Of a stretch of DNA of 64,000 bases, positions 62,241-64,000 are shown in pieces. Made by a program: the position numbers and the translations under genes. The stretch's first letter is position 1. The number at the start of each line of letters is the position of its first letter. The DNA comes from Obrimoposthia wandeli (Eukaryota), in contig CDROCS010004962.1 in assembly GCA_977020255.1 (NCBI GenBank), positions 62,001 through 126,000 of the forward strand, written 5' to 3'. The notes under the pieces were generated by a model. The model had not been told where the DNA came from. It saw only the letters and a list, made by a program, of their open reading frames with translations, and did no database searches.

Positions 62241-64000
62241 TGCATTTGTGAAATTAAAAGCAAAATTATGTGAAGCTCGTTTGTTGGCGTTTACAAAATC
62301 TATGTGACCATTTATCTTGGATACAGATGCAAGTTTTGATCAAATAAGAGCTTTATTGTCGCAATTAAATGAAAATAATAAAGAAATAGCAATTGCTTAC
62401 GTATTTCATGCTATGTCTCAACATGAGATTGAATATTGTATTACAAAGAAAGAATTACTGGCAGTTTATTTGTTTACTAATCATTTTAAGTACCATTTAT
62501 ATGGAAAAAGATTTTCCCTTAGAACAGATTACAAGGCAATAACATTTATGATTAAAACCAAGAAGCCAATAACTGCACAATTCCAGTCGTGGATAAATTA
62601 TTTAAGTAGTCTAGATATGGAACTTCAATATCGGAAAGGATAAATCTACATAAATGTTTATTCATTATCAATAAGTGAATGTTCAACGTGTGTAAAATAT
62701 CAGACAATTCATTCAGATACAAATTTATCTCGTTCGAAAACAAAAATATTGGTTTTAGTAGCAAAAAATAGAAGCAAACAAGATAGTGACAAATTTGTTC
62801 AAATAAAGAATATAAACAGTGAAGTATTAGATGAATTTGAGATCGAAAATGGGATAGTAAAGACAAAAGAGGGGAAAATATGGATAACATAAAACAGCAA
62901 ATATGAATTTATTTTGAAACAGCCTAAATATTTATATCATGCAGGTAGTTTAAAAGTACATAAATATTTAAAAGATGATTTCGATATGAAAAAAATATAA
63001 ATTAAAAAAAACAAGAAACCGAAAGCTGTGAAAGTTGTCAAATTAGAAACAATATAAACAGGTCAAGTAAAAAAATAAAAACACAACTAAATATTAATAT
63101 TTTTGAATCGAATTTTGTGGACTTTTGTGGACCCCTGCGAACAACGGTACATAATAATATATATTAGTTATTATAGACCAGGTGAACAAATACGTAGCAC
63201 AAGCTTGCAAAATAAAAGAACGGTTGTTCAAATAAACAAAAGTGAATGGATTCTTATGATAATAAATACAAACAGAGGAAGGTCTTTTGAAAGTTCATTA
63301 TTAAAAGAGCTGACAAGATCTTGTAACATAGGTTTAAATTTTTCTAGTTTGTATCATCATTCGGCGAATGTCCAAATTGAACGATTATAGATGCAAATCA
63401 AAGAAGTTTAAAATACAAAATCATAAAATTTGGGCTGAATTATTACCTGAATTTCAATATATACTTAATTCTACTTATCTACGCTATGAAAGACACCAGC
63501 AGAAGTCGTTTTCAGGAGAAAAATATGTGAAGAATAGACGAGTGAGAAAATGGGAATTTTTGAAAGTAAAGAAAAATGTAAATATAAAGTTTGTAGATCA
63601 AGTTCTTAAAAAATAAAGAAAATCTTTATGAAGAGCCTCTTACAATTACTAAAATTATACACGATTGAAGTTACGAAATAACTTTCGAAAACGGAAGAAA
63701 GCTCATACGAAACATTGAGTGGCTAAAAAAAAAGCCTTTTAAAGAGAGGAAGATCTGAGATGGCTAAAATAAAATAACTTTAGTCGAAGGTCAAGGACGA
63801 AATAAAAAACAAGAACTATCTGTTGTGTTTTTTGTTTGAAAATAAATTGGTAATATGAATTTAATGAGTCACAACGAAACTAGCGTACATTAAAATAATT
63901 AAAATTATAAAAATAAAACATTTATACAATAAACTGAAGAATTAAAGAAATTAAGACTATTTTAAATATTATATGTTTTGACAAAAATAACAAAAAATCA

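Larger units (their letters stand above)
58570..63700 (+). mobile_element. Degenerate Ty3/Gypsy element (gag with twin CCHC knuckles, PR, RT, RH, INT) with nested insertions
   Basis: C..EGH.RSEC..VKC..C..GHFKYQC, DTG, CLDFRLLNK, IDLGNGYYQ, VYLDNIL, RTFLG.ANYY, LDTDAS, YCITKKELLA, TD.KA, HHSAN.QIER; many stops and frameshifts. Confidence 0.9.

Overview
Eukaryotic, very AT-rich genomic DNA with spliceosomal introns, some as short as 41-53 nt. An invertebrate host such as a flatworm is my inference and cannot be proven from the sequence. No prokaryotic features (CRISPR, operons) are present. Bases 1-16.1 kb hold two related, mostly decayed Polinton/Maverick (adintovirus-like) elements. Element A (to 10652) encodes protein-primed PolB, protease, major capsid, packaging ATPase and accessory genes. 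It appears to have inserted into the protease gene of element B (major capsid, core protein, penton, BIR/IAP, accessory genes). Both elements encode a spliced TATA-binding-protein (TBP)-like gene head-to-head with a conserved unknown gene. Seven downstream virion/packaging-block genes are each preceded, 23-31 nt before the start codon, by the same non-canonical TATA-like motif, TATAAACAA. This is a candidate self-encoded late-transcription switch and the strongest novel signal here. Element A also carries an intact stand-alone DIRS/hepadna-like RT-RNase H ORF next to a 60-bp-stem hairpin, and a Gypsy-type solo LTR containing a canonical type I hammerhead ribozyme (a second, degenerate copy lies at 32.1 kb). 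The rest of the window is host DNA: a two-TM orphan gene, a multi-exon CCDC191-like gene (minus strand, about 33.4-58.0 kb) and many TE fossils (Gypsy, solo LTRs, Tc1/mariner, pogo/Tigger, hAT MITEs, Chapaev3-like, L2/CR1-like LINE). All calls come from manual reading and motif recall; no database searches were run, and coordinates of decayed elements are approximate.
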